A DNA stretch of 64,000 nt from assembly GCA_049840935.1 (NCBI GenBank), contig JASGJA010000014.1:304-64303 (forward strand), in the 5' to 3' direction. The notes below the pieces were generated by a model. The model saw only the letters and a program-made list of their open reading frames with translations. It made no database searches and was not told the DNA's origin. Shown piece by piece: positions 1 to 9,298 of this stretch. Source of the stretch: Mesorhizobium sp. (lineage in GTDB: Bacteria; Pseudomonadota; Alphaproteobacteria; Rhizobiales; Rhizobiaceae). A program made the position numbers and the translations under genes. Position 1 is the first letter of the stretch. Every line of letters begins with the position of its first letter.

Positions 1-156
1 ATGATCCGCGCAATCGCGCACCGCACGGCCATTCTGGATGCTGGACGCATTGCGGAAATTGGCCCCACGCAGCACATCATTTCCGCCCCGCAATCGCAGA
101 TTGGCCAGCAACTTCTTGCCGCCGCTCCGCGTTTGCTCGACAGGAGCAATGCATGA
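1..156 (+). CDS. C-terminal fragment of an ABC transporter ATP-binding protein (partial, starts outside window)
   Basis: Frame 1 is open from base 1 to TGA at 154-156 (…RTAILDAGRIAEIGPTQHIISAPQSQIGQQLLAAAP…), typical of the C-terminal tail of peptide/oligopeptide-type ABC ATPases. Its stop overlaps the next ATG (ATGA). Confidence 0.45.
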   Translation: MIRAIAHRTAILDAGRIAEIGPTQHIISAPQSQIGQQLLAAAPRLLDRSNA

Positions 157-653
157 ACGACCAGACATCCAGAATTGAGCGCCTGCGCACGGAACTCGAA
201 GCGGCTTTTCGCAATCGCGGCGACCTCTACCGTCTGATGTACGAAACACTCAGCAACGAACTTGGCGCAGACAAAGCCGAACAACTATTAGCTATTTCAA
301 TTGAAGAGCGTGGTCGGGAGGTCGCCCGCGCTGCTTTTTCCAGCTTTGGGCCTGACGATGCTCGAGCCATTGGCGAAGCATTTCTCAAAGTCAGCCCAGA
401 CGATGGCCAGATGTATCCGGCAAACGTGACGCGCTTTGACGAAGGCATTGAATTCAAGGTTCGGCGTTGCCCGCTGAAAGACGCGTGGGTTGAGGCTGGG
501 CTCGACGAAGAACGCGTCTCGACACTCTGCCGCATTGCCAGTGCTTTTGATCGCGGACTTTTCGAGCAAACCGGCATACGCTTTGAAAACTGGACCTGGA
601 AGCCGGGCGACGGACCCGGCTGTTGCCGAATCCGCCTCACAAATCAAACCTAG
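153..653 (+). CDS. Hypothetical protein, possibly L-2-amino-thiazoline-4-carboxylate hydrolase-like family
   Basis: 166-aa ORF translationally coupled to the upstream ABC gene. Cys-containing C-terminus (RRCPL…LCRIAS…GCCRIRL). The family assignment is from memory only. Confidence 0.5.
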   Translation: MNDQTSRIERLRTELEAAFRNRGDLYRLMYETLSNELGADKAEQLLAISIEERGREVARAAFSSFGPDDARAIGEAFLKVSPDDGQMYPANVTRFDEGIEFKVRRCPLKDAWVEAGLDEERVSTLCRIASAFDRGLFEQTGIRFENWTWKPGDGPGCCRIRLTNQT

Positions 654-1552
654 GCTTTTGCCCTGCTGAGATTGGCAATTGCAACGCCGCCCATTGCCAT
701 CACGCCGCCGATAATTCCAAGCGTCGTCGGCACTTCACCGAGCCATGCGAAGCCAAGCGCGGTCGAAACCGGCGGAATGCAGTAGAGGTAGTTGCTGGCA
801 CGGCTCGCAGGTAGACGAGACAGCGCAACCGCCCAGCTCGCATAGGCAACGAGGCTCGGAATGAACCCAAGATACAGCGCCGCACCAAGAGCCTGGGAGC
901 TTGCAACCTGCGCTTCTGCAATCGCGTTCGGCAGGAACGGCGACAGCACAGCCGCGCCGAGTATCATATTCCACGCCGCAATCGTCAGCGGCTGATGGTT
1001 CTTGAACAGCGGTTTCTGCACAATCGTCGAAGTCGCTGCACACAGTGCGCCGCCGAGAATAAGCAGCGCACCCCGATCAATGCTCATGCCGCCACCCTCG
1101 CCCAGTGCGATCAGCCCAATCCCGCCAAACGAAACAAACGTCCCGACCCATGCCAACGCTGGAAACCGCTCGCCCAGCAGCACCATGGCCATAGCCGCCG
1201 TGATGATCGGACTGACATTGATTATGAAACTCGCCGCGCCAGCGGATACAGTCATTTCGCCCATATTCAGCAATACGGTGTAGCCGCCCACGAAGAACAC
1301 GCCGCCATAGAGGAAGCGCCACATCTCCGCTCGCGACGGCAAAGCCGGCCGCACGATCAATAGATAAATCGCAGCCGGAACTGCCGCGATTACAAACCGC
1401 AGCGCGCCCAACTCTCCCGGCCCAAATCCATGCAGCCCGGCCCGAATTGCAGGAAAGGCCGACGCCCAGGCCAAAATCGTGATGCCGACTGCAGCGACCG
1501 TTACCAATCCGCCCATCGCGGCGTTCCTTTCAATGCAAACTGAGGTGCTCAT
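650..1552 (-). CDS. EamA/DMT-family permease
   Basis: Polytopic hydrophobic protein with a duplicated EamA-like pattern (ILAWASAFPAIR…, IPSLVAYASWAVALSRLPASRAS). Start moved to the internal ATG at 1552, which is preceded by GAAGGAG. Confidence 0.85.
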   Translation of the reverse strand: MSTSVCIERNAAMGGLVTVAAVGITILAWASAFPAIRAGLHGFGPGELGALRFVIAAVPAAIYLLIVRPALPSRAEMWRFLYGGVFFVGGYTVLLNMGEMTVSAGAASFIINVSPIITAAMAMVLLGERFPALAWVGTFVSFGGIGLIALGEGGGMSIDRGALLILGGALCAATSTIVQKPLFKNHQPLTIAAWNMILGAAVLSPFLPNAIAEAQVASSQALGAALYLGFIPSLVAYASWAVALSRLPASRASNYLYCIPPVSTALGFAWLGEVPTTLGIIGGVMAMGGVAIANLSRAKA

Positions 1553-1632
1553 TTCCGTGCTCCTTCTGTTGCTGATGAATGAACCTTGCGAGATACATTG
1601 ACAAACGAATGAATCGAGCATGAGCTGTGAGC

Positions 1633-2562
1633 ATGGATCACAGCTCAAAGAGTTTACCTCCACTCGAATCTCTGCGCGCTTTCGAGGCTGCCGCGCGTCT
1701 CGGCTCCTTTTCGTCCGCCGCTGAACAGCTTCATTTGACGCACGGTGCGGTCAGCAGACAGGTGTCGAAGCTGGAACAATGGCTCGGTTTCAAGGTTTTC
1801 GAGCGAAAGGCGCGCGGCGTCCAACTTACCCTTGAAGGCAATCGCCTCTTTATTCGCACCTCGGAAGCCTTTGCTCTTATCGCAGACAACACTGACCGCT
1901 GGAGCGAGCCGCGCGGCTCGATGGTCGTGCGCTTGGCGACCATTCCCTCCGTCGCTGGGCTTTGGCTCATCCCCCGAATGTACACACTGGAAGCGGGTCC
2001 GCCCGTGCTTCGCATCATTCTCAATGTCGATATTCACCAGAATGATCTGGCCGAGGACGCCATAGACCTCTCGGTTCGTTGCGGACGCGGCGGCATAGCG
2101 GGGCGCGTTTCCGTCAAACTGTTCGAGGAAAAGTGCTTCCCCATCGCCTCGCCCGAACTCGCCCGTAAGATCGGCGCGGATGGCAACGTAAAAAGACTGC
2201 TCGACTACCCTTTGATCCACGATTCCGACGCGTCTCCGTGGCGCGCATGGCTCGGCGCACACGGACTGGACTACGTGCCGCGCGCGCAGGACCGCCGCTT
2301 TGAGGACTATAATCTTGTGCTGGACGCAGCAGCCAACGGACTGGGCATCGCCCTCGCCCGACCGCCCCTTGCGCTTGCCCAAATCGAATCGGGTCGGCTC
2401 GCCTGCGTCGACAGCCGTTCCGTCGCAAATCAGGTATCCTACTGGATGGATAGGCCCATTGGCCCCGTTCGCCCTGCAGCCGAGATGTTGGCGCAGCGTA
2501 TCGCTAGTGCCGCAGAGCTAGACGAAACGAAACTACGGGCTTTCCTTCGCGATCCGATTTGA
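1633..2562 (+). CDS. LysR-family transcriptional regulator (GcvA-like)
   Basis: N-terminal HTH LPPLESLRAFEAAARLGSFSSAAEQLHLTHGAVSRQVSKLEQWLG plus a LysR substrate-binding domain. Divergent from the EamA gene. Confidence 0.85.
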   Translation: MDHSSKSLPPLESLRAFEAAARLGSFSSAAEQLHLTHGAVSRQVSKLEQWLGFKVFERKARGVQLTLEGNRLFIRTSEAFALIADNTDRWSEPRGSMVVRLATIPSVAGLWLIPRMYTLEAGPPVLRIILNVDIHQNDLAEDAIDLSVRCGRGGIAGRVSVKLFEEKCFPIASPELARKIGADGNVKRLLDYPLIHDSDASPWRAWLGAHGLDYVPRAQDRRFEDYNLVLDAAANGLGIALARPPLALAQIESGRLACVDSRSVANQVSYWMDRPIGPVRPAAEMLAQRIASAAELDETKLRAFLRDPI

Positions 2563-2600
2563 ATGCCTTGCGTCACAAAAATTAGGTGATACCCAGAGGC

Positions 2601-3626
2601 ATGGCGCAGAAAAAGGCTCATGAGGTTGACGGGTGGTTGTCCCGACCCGACACTTCGAAATCGATCATCCTATTTTATGGCCCCGATCATGGGCTGGTTT
2701 CCGAGCGCGCAAGTCGTTTCGTAAAGCAAACCGGTCTGCCCCTCGATGATCCTTTCACCGTAGTGCGTCTCGATGCGACCGAGGCCGACGAAGGCGGCAA
2801 GCTATCCTCCGAAGCGAACACCGTTTCCATGTTTGCCGAGAAGCGCCTTCTCTGGGTCCGCAACGCTCAGGCGCAAAAGGGCTTGGCCGACGAGATCAAG
2901 GCGCTTTGTACAACGCCACCCGAAGCCACCATTATCGTTGTTGAGGCAGGCGACTTGAAAAAGGGCGCGGCACTGCGCTCCACTGTCGAAACGTCCGATA
3001 GGGCAATCGCTCTACCCTGCTACGCAGATGCCGAGCGCGACATTGACGCTCTGATCGATGAAATGCTGGGCTTGCCCATTTCGATGGAAGCGCGCACCGC
3101 GCTGCGCCGCAATCTTGGTGGCGACCGGCTTGCAACGCGCGCTGAACTCGAAAAGCTCGCTTTGTTTGCGCGCGGCAAAGATCGAATTGAGCTTACCGAC
3201 ATACAGGAACTTACCGGGGATGTGGCGGAGCTATCATTGGATGACGCCGTGGACGCGATCCTCGACGGCAAACTCGAAACATTCGACCGGCTTTTCCAGC
3301 GCTACGCTCGCTCAGGTTCGCCTGTATTTTTGCTCGCAAACGCCATGATGCGCCAGTTGCAGACGCTTCGCGTTTTGCGTGCTGAACTTGATTTGGGCAG
3401 GCGTAGCGCTTCCGAAATTGTAGCTGGAGCCCGTCCGCCTATCTTTTTCAGCAGAAAACGGACGATCGAAAACGCCGTGCGTAAATGGGCGTTGCCATCA
3501 ATCGACCGCGCTTTGGAGCGCCTTCAATACGCGGTTCTAGAAACGCGCCGCAGGCCCGACCTTGCGCTGGCAATCGTCAATCGAGCCATGACCGCGCTGA
3601 CCGCAGAAGCTGCTCGCGGTCGATAA
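2601..3626 (+). CDS. holA: DNA polymerase III subunit delta
   Basis: …ILFYGPDHGLVSERA…SMFAEKRLLWVRNA… is the typical HolA N-domain. ATG at 2601 follows AGAGG. Confidence 0.8.
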   Translation: MAQKKAHEVDGWLSRPDTSKSIILFYGPDHGLVSERASRFVKQTGLPLDDPFTVVRLDATEADEGGKLSSEANTVSMFAEKRLLWVRNAQAQKGLADEIKALCTTPPEATIIVVEAGDLKKGAALRSTVETSDRAIALPCYADAERDIDALIDEMLGLPISMEARTALRRNLGGDRLATRAELEKLALFARGKDRIELTDIQELTGDVAELSLDDAVDAILDGKLETFDRLFQRYARSGSPVFLLANAMMRQLQTLRVLRAELDLGRRSASEIVAGARPPIFFSRKRTIENAVRKWALPSIDRALERLQYAVLETRRRPDLALAIVNRAMTALTAEAARGR

Positions 3627-3660
3627 TTATCCGGCTAATTTTATTAAATTTGCCGGCAAT

Positions 3661-4548
3661 TCAATGTTGTAAACGCCTGCAAAGCGCATCCAATTGATCC
3701 AAGGTTTTATAATGGATGCGGACTTCTCCGCCGCCACCCTTTTCCCTGTGATTGATCGAGACATTCAGCCCGGAAACGTCTGAAAGCAGCTTTTCAAGCG
3801 CACGCGTGTCCGGGTCTTTTTCGACGGGAATCCTCTGCTTGGCAACGGCAGCCTCATTGCGCTCCGATGCAGGCATTTGCGCCAACGCCTCAGCCTGTCG
3901 AACCGAAAGCCCTTCCTCGACAATACGCTTCGCCAGCCAGGCAGGATCTTCAGCCGTCACCAGCGTTCGCGCATGGCCTGCCGAAAGCACGCCATCCACC
4001 AGCATGTCACGAATAACATTCGGCAGCTTCAGCAGCCGCAAAGTGTTCGCCACATGGCTGCGGCTCTTGCCAATCACCTGGCCTAGATCCGCCTGCGTAT
4101 ATCCATGTTCATCGATAAGCTGCTGATAGCCAGCCGCCTCTTCCACCGGATTTAGGTCCGCGCGCTGCACGTTTTCGATAATCGCGAGTTCCAGCGCAGT
4201 ACGGTCGTTCACCTCGCGCACGATAACCGGGATCGTCACTAGACCCGCACGCTGAGACGCACGCCAGCGGCGTTCACCAGCGATGATCTCGAACCGATCC
4301 GTGCCTTGAACAGGGCGCACAACCACCGGCTGGACAACACCATGTTCCCGTATCGACTGAGCAAGATCGACGAGATCATCTTCGCCAAATGAGCGACGCG
4401 GATTTCGCGGATTTGGGGAAACCAGTTCGATAGGCACCGTACCGTCTGCCCGCACAGCCTGAGTAGCGGGAGCCGCAGGCTTATCCATTTCGCCGATAAG
4501 CGCTGCCAAGCCGCGCCCAAGGCGCTTTTTTGTCGGATCTTCATTCAT
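3661..4548 (-). CDS. parB: Chromosome partitioning protein ParB
   Basis: ParB box motifs GLAALIG, IVSPNPRNPRR, IIAGERRWRA and an HTH region (YTQADLGQVIGKSRSHVANTLRLLKL). Adjacent to parA. Confidence 0.95.
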   Translation of the reverse strand: MNEDPTKKRLGRGLAALIGEMDKPAAPATQAVRADGTVPIELVSPNPRNPRRSFGEDDLVDLAQSIREHGVVQPVVVRPVQGTDRFEIIAGERRWRASQRAGLVTIPVIVREVNDRTALELAIIENVQRADLNPVEEAAGYQQLIDEHGYTQADLGQVIGKSRSHVANTLRLLKLPNVIRDMLVDGVLSAGHARTLVTAEDPAWLAKRIVEEGLSVRQAEALAQMPASERNEAAVAKQRIPVEKDPDTRALEKLLSDVSGLNVSINHREKGGGGEVRIHYKTLDQLDALCRRLQH

Positions 4549-4565
4549 AGTCAGAATTTCCTGTC

Positions 4566-5363
4566 TTACGCGGCCTTCAAGCGCCGTTCACGGCGAATGA
4601 CTTCGGATGCAAGCTGCAAATAAGCCTGACTTCCGGTTGATTTCAGATCATACAAAATTGCTGGTTTTCCGTGCGACGGCGCCTCGGAGACTCGAACATT
4701 GCGAGGAATTACGGTTTGATAGACCGTATCGCCCATATTCGCCCGAACATCCTCAACCACTTGATTCGCAAGGTTATTTCGACCGTCAAACATCGTCATA
4801 ACGATGCCCTGTATGGTTAGCGCTGGGTTAATGGACCCTCGAACTTGATCGACTGTCTGCAAAAGCTGGCTCAAACCCTCAAGCGCGAAGAACTCGCACT
4901 GCAAAGGCACCAAAACCGAATCCGCAGCTGCCATCGAGTTTAGAGTGAGCAAATTCAGCGACGGCGGGCAGTCGATCAATATATAACTATATGTATTCGG
5001 TGATTGATTTCTCAGCGCATTTCGCAACCGCAATACCCTATCCGGCGCGGCGGCAATTTCCATCTCAAGGCCGAGCAAGTCTAGCGTTGAAGGCACGATT
5101 GACAGCCCCGGCACCGCCGTTTCCACTACTGCGTCTTCCAGCGACGAATCGCCGGTCAAAACATCGTATGACGACCGCTCGCGATCCCGCCGATCAACAC
5201 CAAGCCCAGTGCTGGCGTTACCCTGCGGATCAATATCAACGATCAAAACCCGCTCACCGATAGCGGCGAGAGCCGTTGCAAGGTTGATGGCGGTCGTGGT
5301 CTTGCCGACCCCGCCTTTCTGGTTTGCAACAGTGATTATTCTAGTGCCGCCACTCATTTTCAT
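4566..5363 (-). CDS. parA: Chromosome partitioning ATPase ParA
   Basis: Deviant Walker A (VANQKGGVGKTTTAINLA) and a ParA/Soj-like body. Operon with parB. Confidence 0.95.
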   Translation of the reverse strand: MKMSGGTRIITVANQKGGVGKTTTAINLATALAAIGERVLIVDIDPQGNASTGLGVDRRDRERSSYDVLTGDSSLEDAVVETAVPGLSIVPSTLDLLGLEMEIAAAPDRVLRLRNALRNQSPNTYSYILIDCPPSLNLLTLNSMAAADSVLVPLQCEFFALEGLSQLLQTVDQVRGSINPALTIQGIVMTMFDGRNNLANQVVEDVRANMGDTVYQTVIPRNVRVSEAPSHGKPAILYDLKSTGSQAYLQLASEVIRRERRLKAA

Positions 5364-6004
5364 CTTCCGGCATCAATACGTGCCACGTTGGAAACCTCAA
5401 GGATAACGCTTTCCGCATCAATCCGACTGGGGTGTTTTATCAAATCAAACCGCCACTTGGCAGAGGTTTCTTCGATTTCTCGTTCATAATCCCGGCCTTT
5501 GTGAAAAAGACCCTTTGCACCCGAAGCAAACCACGGCTCTGAAAGCGCAAAAAGTACATCCAAAGAAGCCAGGGCACGCGCGGTGATCACCTGCGGAGCA
5601 GGGGACTCGGAAACCACCACTTCTATGCGCTCCGGCGCGATTTTCGCGGGCAAACGCAGCATTCCCGTGACATTTTGGAGAAATGCCGTCTTTTTTCGAT
5701 TACTTTCGACCATGCGAATCGCGCCACTTGGCCGTTCTTTTAGCAGTATACCGAGAACCAGGCCCGGAAACCCGCCCCCGGAGCCGAGGTCCGCAATCGA
5801 ATCAGCATTATTCAGCAGGGGCCATAATTGCGCGCTATCGAGTATATGCCGCGTCCAAGACTCTGATACCGTGGAAGGTGATACGAGATTTATGCGAGCA
5901 TTCCACCGATGGAGCATTCCATCGAGTTCTACCAGTGAATCGAATGTTTCACGTGAAACGTCTCCGGCCACGGCACGCAGTTGTTCAAATTTTGAAAGGC
6001 TCAA
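5360..6004 (-). CDS. rsmG: 16S rRNA (guanine527-N7)-methyltransferase RsmG (GidB)
   Basis: SAM motif [15 protein letters not shown]. Conserved position between mnmG and parA. Overlapping stop/start codons on both sides. Confidence 0.9.
   Translation of the reverse strand: MSLSKFEQLRAVAGDVSRETFDSLVELDGMLHRWNARINLVSPSTVSESWTRHILDSAQLWPLLNNADSIADLGSGGGFPGLVLGILLKERPSGAIRMVESNRKKTAFLQNVTGMLRLPAKIAPERIEVVVSESPAPQVITARALASLDVLFALSEPWFASGAKGLFHKGRDYEREIEETSAKWRFDLIKHPSRIDAESVILEVSNVARIDAGR
5945..5960. promoter_or_regulatory. parS centromere-like ParB-binding site
   Basis: TGTTTCACGTGAAACG matches the parS consensus TGTTNCACGTGAAACA at 15/16 positions. Lies inside rsmG. Confidence 0.85.
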
Positions 6005-7878
6005 GCGGCACCCCGAACGGCGTCTTTTTCGTGCTGCCTAATGCGCATCAATAGAATTGCAAGCGCAGCAGGAGTCATTCCATCGATACGCTTGGCTTCG
6101 CCAATAGTCGCCGGCAGCCTATGCACCAGCTTCTGCTGCAGTTCCCGCGATAACCCTGGCAAATCAACGAAACTCATATCGGCGGGAATTGCGCGTTCCT
6201 CTTCTTTGCGAAGCTCAACAACATCTGCCGCCTGCCTACCTAGATATACCGCATAGCGCGCTTCGGTCTTGATCGCCTCGATTGCGCGCGCAGAAAATTC
6301 CCGAATCTCCGGCCAAGCGGTCGCGAGTTGCGCCTCGTCTACCTCTGGATAAGACAGCAACTGGAATGCGCTACGGCGTGCACCGTCGAGATTTACAACG
6401 ATCCCAATTCCGCGCGCTTCATTGGGCGAAAGCGAAACAGCATTCAAAAACGCACGCGTTTCGGCTTTCTCCGCCTCCAGTGTTTCAAACGCCTTCTGCC
6501 GCTGCAGCGACGCAATTCCCAACTCAATCGCCATAGGCGTCAAACGTTCATCGGCATTATCCGCCCGCAGCGAAAGCCTAAATTCCGCGCGTGACGTAAA
6601 CATACGGTACGGTTCGCTGATCCCACGCGACGTAAGATCGTCCAGCATAACTCCAATATAGGAATCAGTGCGACTAAACCGCACTCCGTTTTGACCGCCA
6701 GCTTTTCGAGCCGCATTCAGGCCAGCCACAAGTCCTTGCGCCGCCGCCTCTTCATATCCTGTCGTGCCATTGATCTGACCGGCGAGAAACAAACCTTCGA
6801 TCCGCCGCGTCTCAAGCGTGGCCCACAATTCTCGCGGATCGACATGATCATACTCAATCGCATAGCCCGGCTGCAGCACACGAGCCTTCTCAAGTCCCGG
6901 AATTGTCTTGAGAAATTCGCGCTGAACCTCTTCCGGCAGGGAGGTCGAGATACCGTTCGGATAGACCGTATCGTCGTCTAAACCTTCGGGTTCCAAAAAT
7001 ATCTGATGGCCGTCACGGTCGCCGAACTTGACGATCTTATCCTCAACCGACGGACAATAGCGCGGGCCAACACCTTCAATTGAACCAGAGTACATCGCGG
7101 AACGATGAAGATTTTCTCGGATAATCCGGTGCGTTTCCGGTTGGGTACGAGTGACACCGCAATCAATCTGCGGATTCGTGATCGCATCCGTCAGCAGTGA
7201 AAACGGCTGCAACTCGTCATCAGCCGACTGCTTATCCAAGCTCGTCCAGTCAATAGTCTTTCCGTCAAGCCGGGCAGGGGTTCCGGTTTTCAACCGGCCT
7301 AAAGCAAATCCAAATCTGGTCAGCGTATCCGACAAACCCATTGATGGCTTCTCGTTCATGCGTCCAGCCGGTATCTTTCGTTCGCCGATATGTATGAGGC
7401 CACGCAGAAAGGTACCAGTCGTTAACACCACCGCGCCGCACGCAATTCGGCCCACGCTCGTTATAATTGCGGAAACAAGCCCGTCTTGTATCTCCAGGTC
7501 CAGCGCTTCGCCGGCCACGACGTCCAAATTAATCTGCTCTGAAATTGCAGCCTGCATAGCCAGACGATAAAGCTTTCTGTCCGCCTGCGTACGAGGTCCG
7601 CGCACCGCAGGTCCCTTGCGGCGATTGAGCATTCGGAACTGAATGCCTCCGGCATCGGCCACCCGGCCCATCAGGCCATCAAGTGCATCGATCTCCCGAA
7701 CCAGATGTCCCTTGCCAAGGCCGCCGATTGCCGGGTTGCATGACATTGCACCGATCGTCGCAGGATCCAGGGTAAGCAAAATTGTACGTGCACCGGCACG
7801 CGCGGAAGCGCTCGCGGCTTCGCAGCCCGCGTGTCCACCACCCACGACAACCACATCACATGCTATAGAATTGCTCAT
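6001..7878 (-). CDS. mnmG: tRNA uridine 5-carboxymethylaminomethyl modification enzyme MnmG (GidA)
   Basis: FAD motif [15 protein letters not shown] and full-length GidA-like sequence. Start set at ATG 7878, because the upstream 18 codons of the ORF are read-through of a parS site. Confidence 0.95.
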   Translation of the reverse strand: MSNSIACDVVVVGGGHAGCEAASASARAGARTILLTLDPATIGAMSCNPAIGGLGKGHLVREIDALDGLMGRVADAGGIQFRMLNRRKGPAVRGPRTQADRKLYRLAMQAAISEQINLDVVAGEALDLEIQDGLVSAIITSVGRIACGAVVLTTGTFLRGLIHIGERKIPAGRMNEKPSMGLSDTLTRFGFALGRLKTGTPARLDGKTIDWTSLDKQSADDELQPFSLLTDAITNPQIDCGVTRTQPETHRIIRENLHRSAMYSGSIEGVGPRYCPSVEDKIVKFGDRDGHQIFLEPEGLDDDTVYPNGISTSLPEEVQREFLKTIPGLEKARVLQPGYAIEYDHVDPRELWATLETRRIEGLFLAGQINGTTGYEEAAAQGLVAGLNAARKAGGQNGVRFSRTDSYIGVMLDDLTSRGISEPYRMFTSRAEFRLSLRADNADERLTPMAIELGIASLQRQKAFETLEAEKAETRAFLNAVSLSPNEARGIGIVVNLDGARRSAFQLLSYPEVDEAQLATAWPEIREFSARAIEAIKTEARYAVYLGRQAADVVELRKEEERAIPADMSFVDLPGLSRELQQKLVHRLPATIGEAKRIDGMTPAALAILLMRIRQHEKDAVRGAA

Positions 7879-7914
7879 TGCTGGCCGCTTACATACTGAC
7901 TCTGGGGAGTCAAG

Positions 7915-7930
7915 TGTTTCACGTGAAACC
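7915..7930. promoter_or_regulatory. parS centromere-like ParB-binding site
   Basis: TGTTTCACGTGAAACC, 15/16 to the parS consensus. Lies in the mnmG-mnmE intergenic region. Confidence 0.85.
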
Positions 7931-7950
7931 AACCGGTTTTTCAGGCGCGG

Positions 7951-7966
7951 TGTTTCACGTGAATCA
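7951..7966. promoter_or_regulatory. parS centromere-like ParB-binding site
   Basis: TGTTTCACGTGAATCA, 15/16 to the parS consensus. Sits 36 bp from the previous site and overlaps the mnmE stop codon. Confidence 0.8.
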
Positions 7967-9262
7967 TTTACCGATGCAGAAGCGCGAGAATATCACATCC
8001 AGAATATCTTCAACATCCACTTGGCCTGTGATCCTTCCAAGTTGATCGCTCGCCATTCTTAGTGCTTCTGCTTGAAGTTCCGTTTGCCCGTCAAATCCGG
8101 AAATTGCGTCTTCGATATGGACAATCGCCCAGTTTAGATACTCTACGTGCCTGATTTGAGCAGGAAGAATATCTCCACTATGTCCTGCTGCTGCGCAAGC
8201 ACGCCGTTCGATCTCATCAATAAGCGACGCAATACCCTCGCCCGTCCGAGCAGAAATATGCATGCCGCCCACGTCAGTCGTGTCAACAAGATCGCTTTTC
8301 GATCCGACAACCAGCACGCCGTCCATCGCAACCATCTCATCTGGTTGCGTGAGATCGCGCAACTGTAGGACCAAATCGGCTTCGCTCGCACGCTTCCGTG
8401 CGCGTTCAATTCCGATTGCTTCTACCTTTCCTGCCTCATCGCGCAATCCCGCTGTGTCGGTAACACGCACCTTAACGCCACCAAGATCCAGCGACACTTC
8501 GATCAGATCTCGCGTCGTACCGGGTTCATCCGAGACTATAGCGACCTCGCGCCTCGCAAGCGCATTAAGCAAACTTGATTTTCCTGCATTGGGCGGGCCG
8601 ATAATCACAACATCAAAGCCCTCTCGGAGAATTTCCGCCCGTTTAAATCCTGAAACATGTTCAGACATCTCGACGGATAGCTCCTCAAGATCAGCACTTA
8701 TCGCATCAGACACTGATCCCGGTACGTCCTCCTGATCGGAAAAATCGAGCTCGGCTTCCAACATAGCCCGAGCATGGGTTAAACGCGTGCGCCACCCTGA
8801 GTAAAGCGCGCGTTGCGCGCCTGTGCTGCTAACCATTGCAAAGCGCCGCTGTGCCTCGGTTTCGGCCTCTATGAGATCAGCAAGGCCTTCCGCCTCAGTC
8901 AAATCCATCTTACCGTTCAAAAATGCGCGCTTGGCAAACTCACCTTGCTCGGCGAATCTCAGTCCGGGCATTTCAGCCAATTCCTTAAGCATCCTCGCAA
9001 CAACCGCACGGCTTCCATGCAGGTTAAGCTCAGCTATATCCTCCCCGGTAAAGCTGGCCGGTCCCGCGAAGTAAACCGCCAAACCACGGTCGATTACAGA
9101 GCCATCGACCGCTTTCAGAGCGCAGACATTTGCTACTCTCGGTTGTGGCACGCCACCGGTCAGAGCCAATAGCGCATCACGAACTTGCGGACCTGAAATC
9201 CGTATCAGCGCGACGCCCGCCGGAAGAGGGCCGCTCGATAGTGCGAATATGGTATCGGTCAT
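7964..9262 (-). CDS. mnmE: tRNA modification GTPase MnmE (TrmE)
   Basis: G-domain [14 protein letters not shown]…DTAG… and the C-terminal FCIGK motif. Confidence 0.95.
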   Translation of the reverse strand: MTDTIFALSSGPLPAGVALIRISGPQVRDALLALTGGVPQPRVANVCALKAVDGSVIDRGLAVYFAGPASFTGEDIAELNLHGSRAVVARMLKELAEMPGLRFAEQGEFAKRAFLNGKMDLTEAEGLADLIEAETEAQRRFAMVSSTGAQRALYSGWRTRLTHARAMLEAELDFSDQEDVPGSVSDAISADLEELSVEMSEHVSGFKRAEILREGFDVVIIGPPNAGKSSLLNALARREVAIVSDEPGTTRDLIEVSLDLGGVKVRVTDTAGLRDEAGKVEAIGIERARKRASEADLVLQLRDLTQPDEMVAMDGVLVVGSKSDLVDTTDVGGMHISARTGEGIASLIDEIERRACAAAGHSGDILPAQIRHVEYLNWAIVHIEDAISGFDGQTELQAEALRMASDQLGRITGQVDVEDILDVIFSRFCIGK

Positions 9263-9298
9263 TGCGGCATCAACTTGCGGGCTTTAGGCTGCATCGTC

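Noticed and set aside
3627-3660. Possible bidirectional terminator between holA and parB (CCGGC…GCCGG, TTGCCGGCAA)
   Set aside because: The stem is only 5 bp with an 18-nt AT-rich loop and no clear U-tract, which is too weak to call.
7879-7932. N-terminal extension of mnmG ([18 protein letters not shown]…)
   Set aside because: The VSRET peptide is simply a translated parS palindrome. The conserved GidA N-terminus, with its FAD fold, begins at the internal ATG at 7878.
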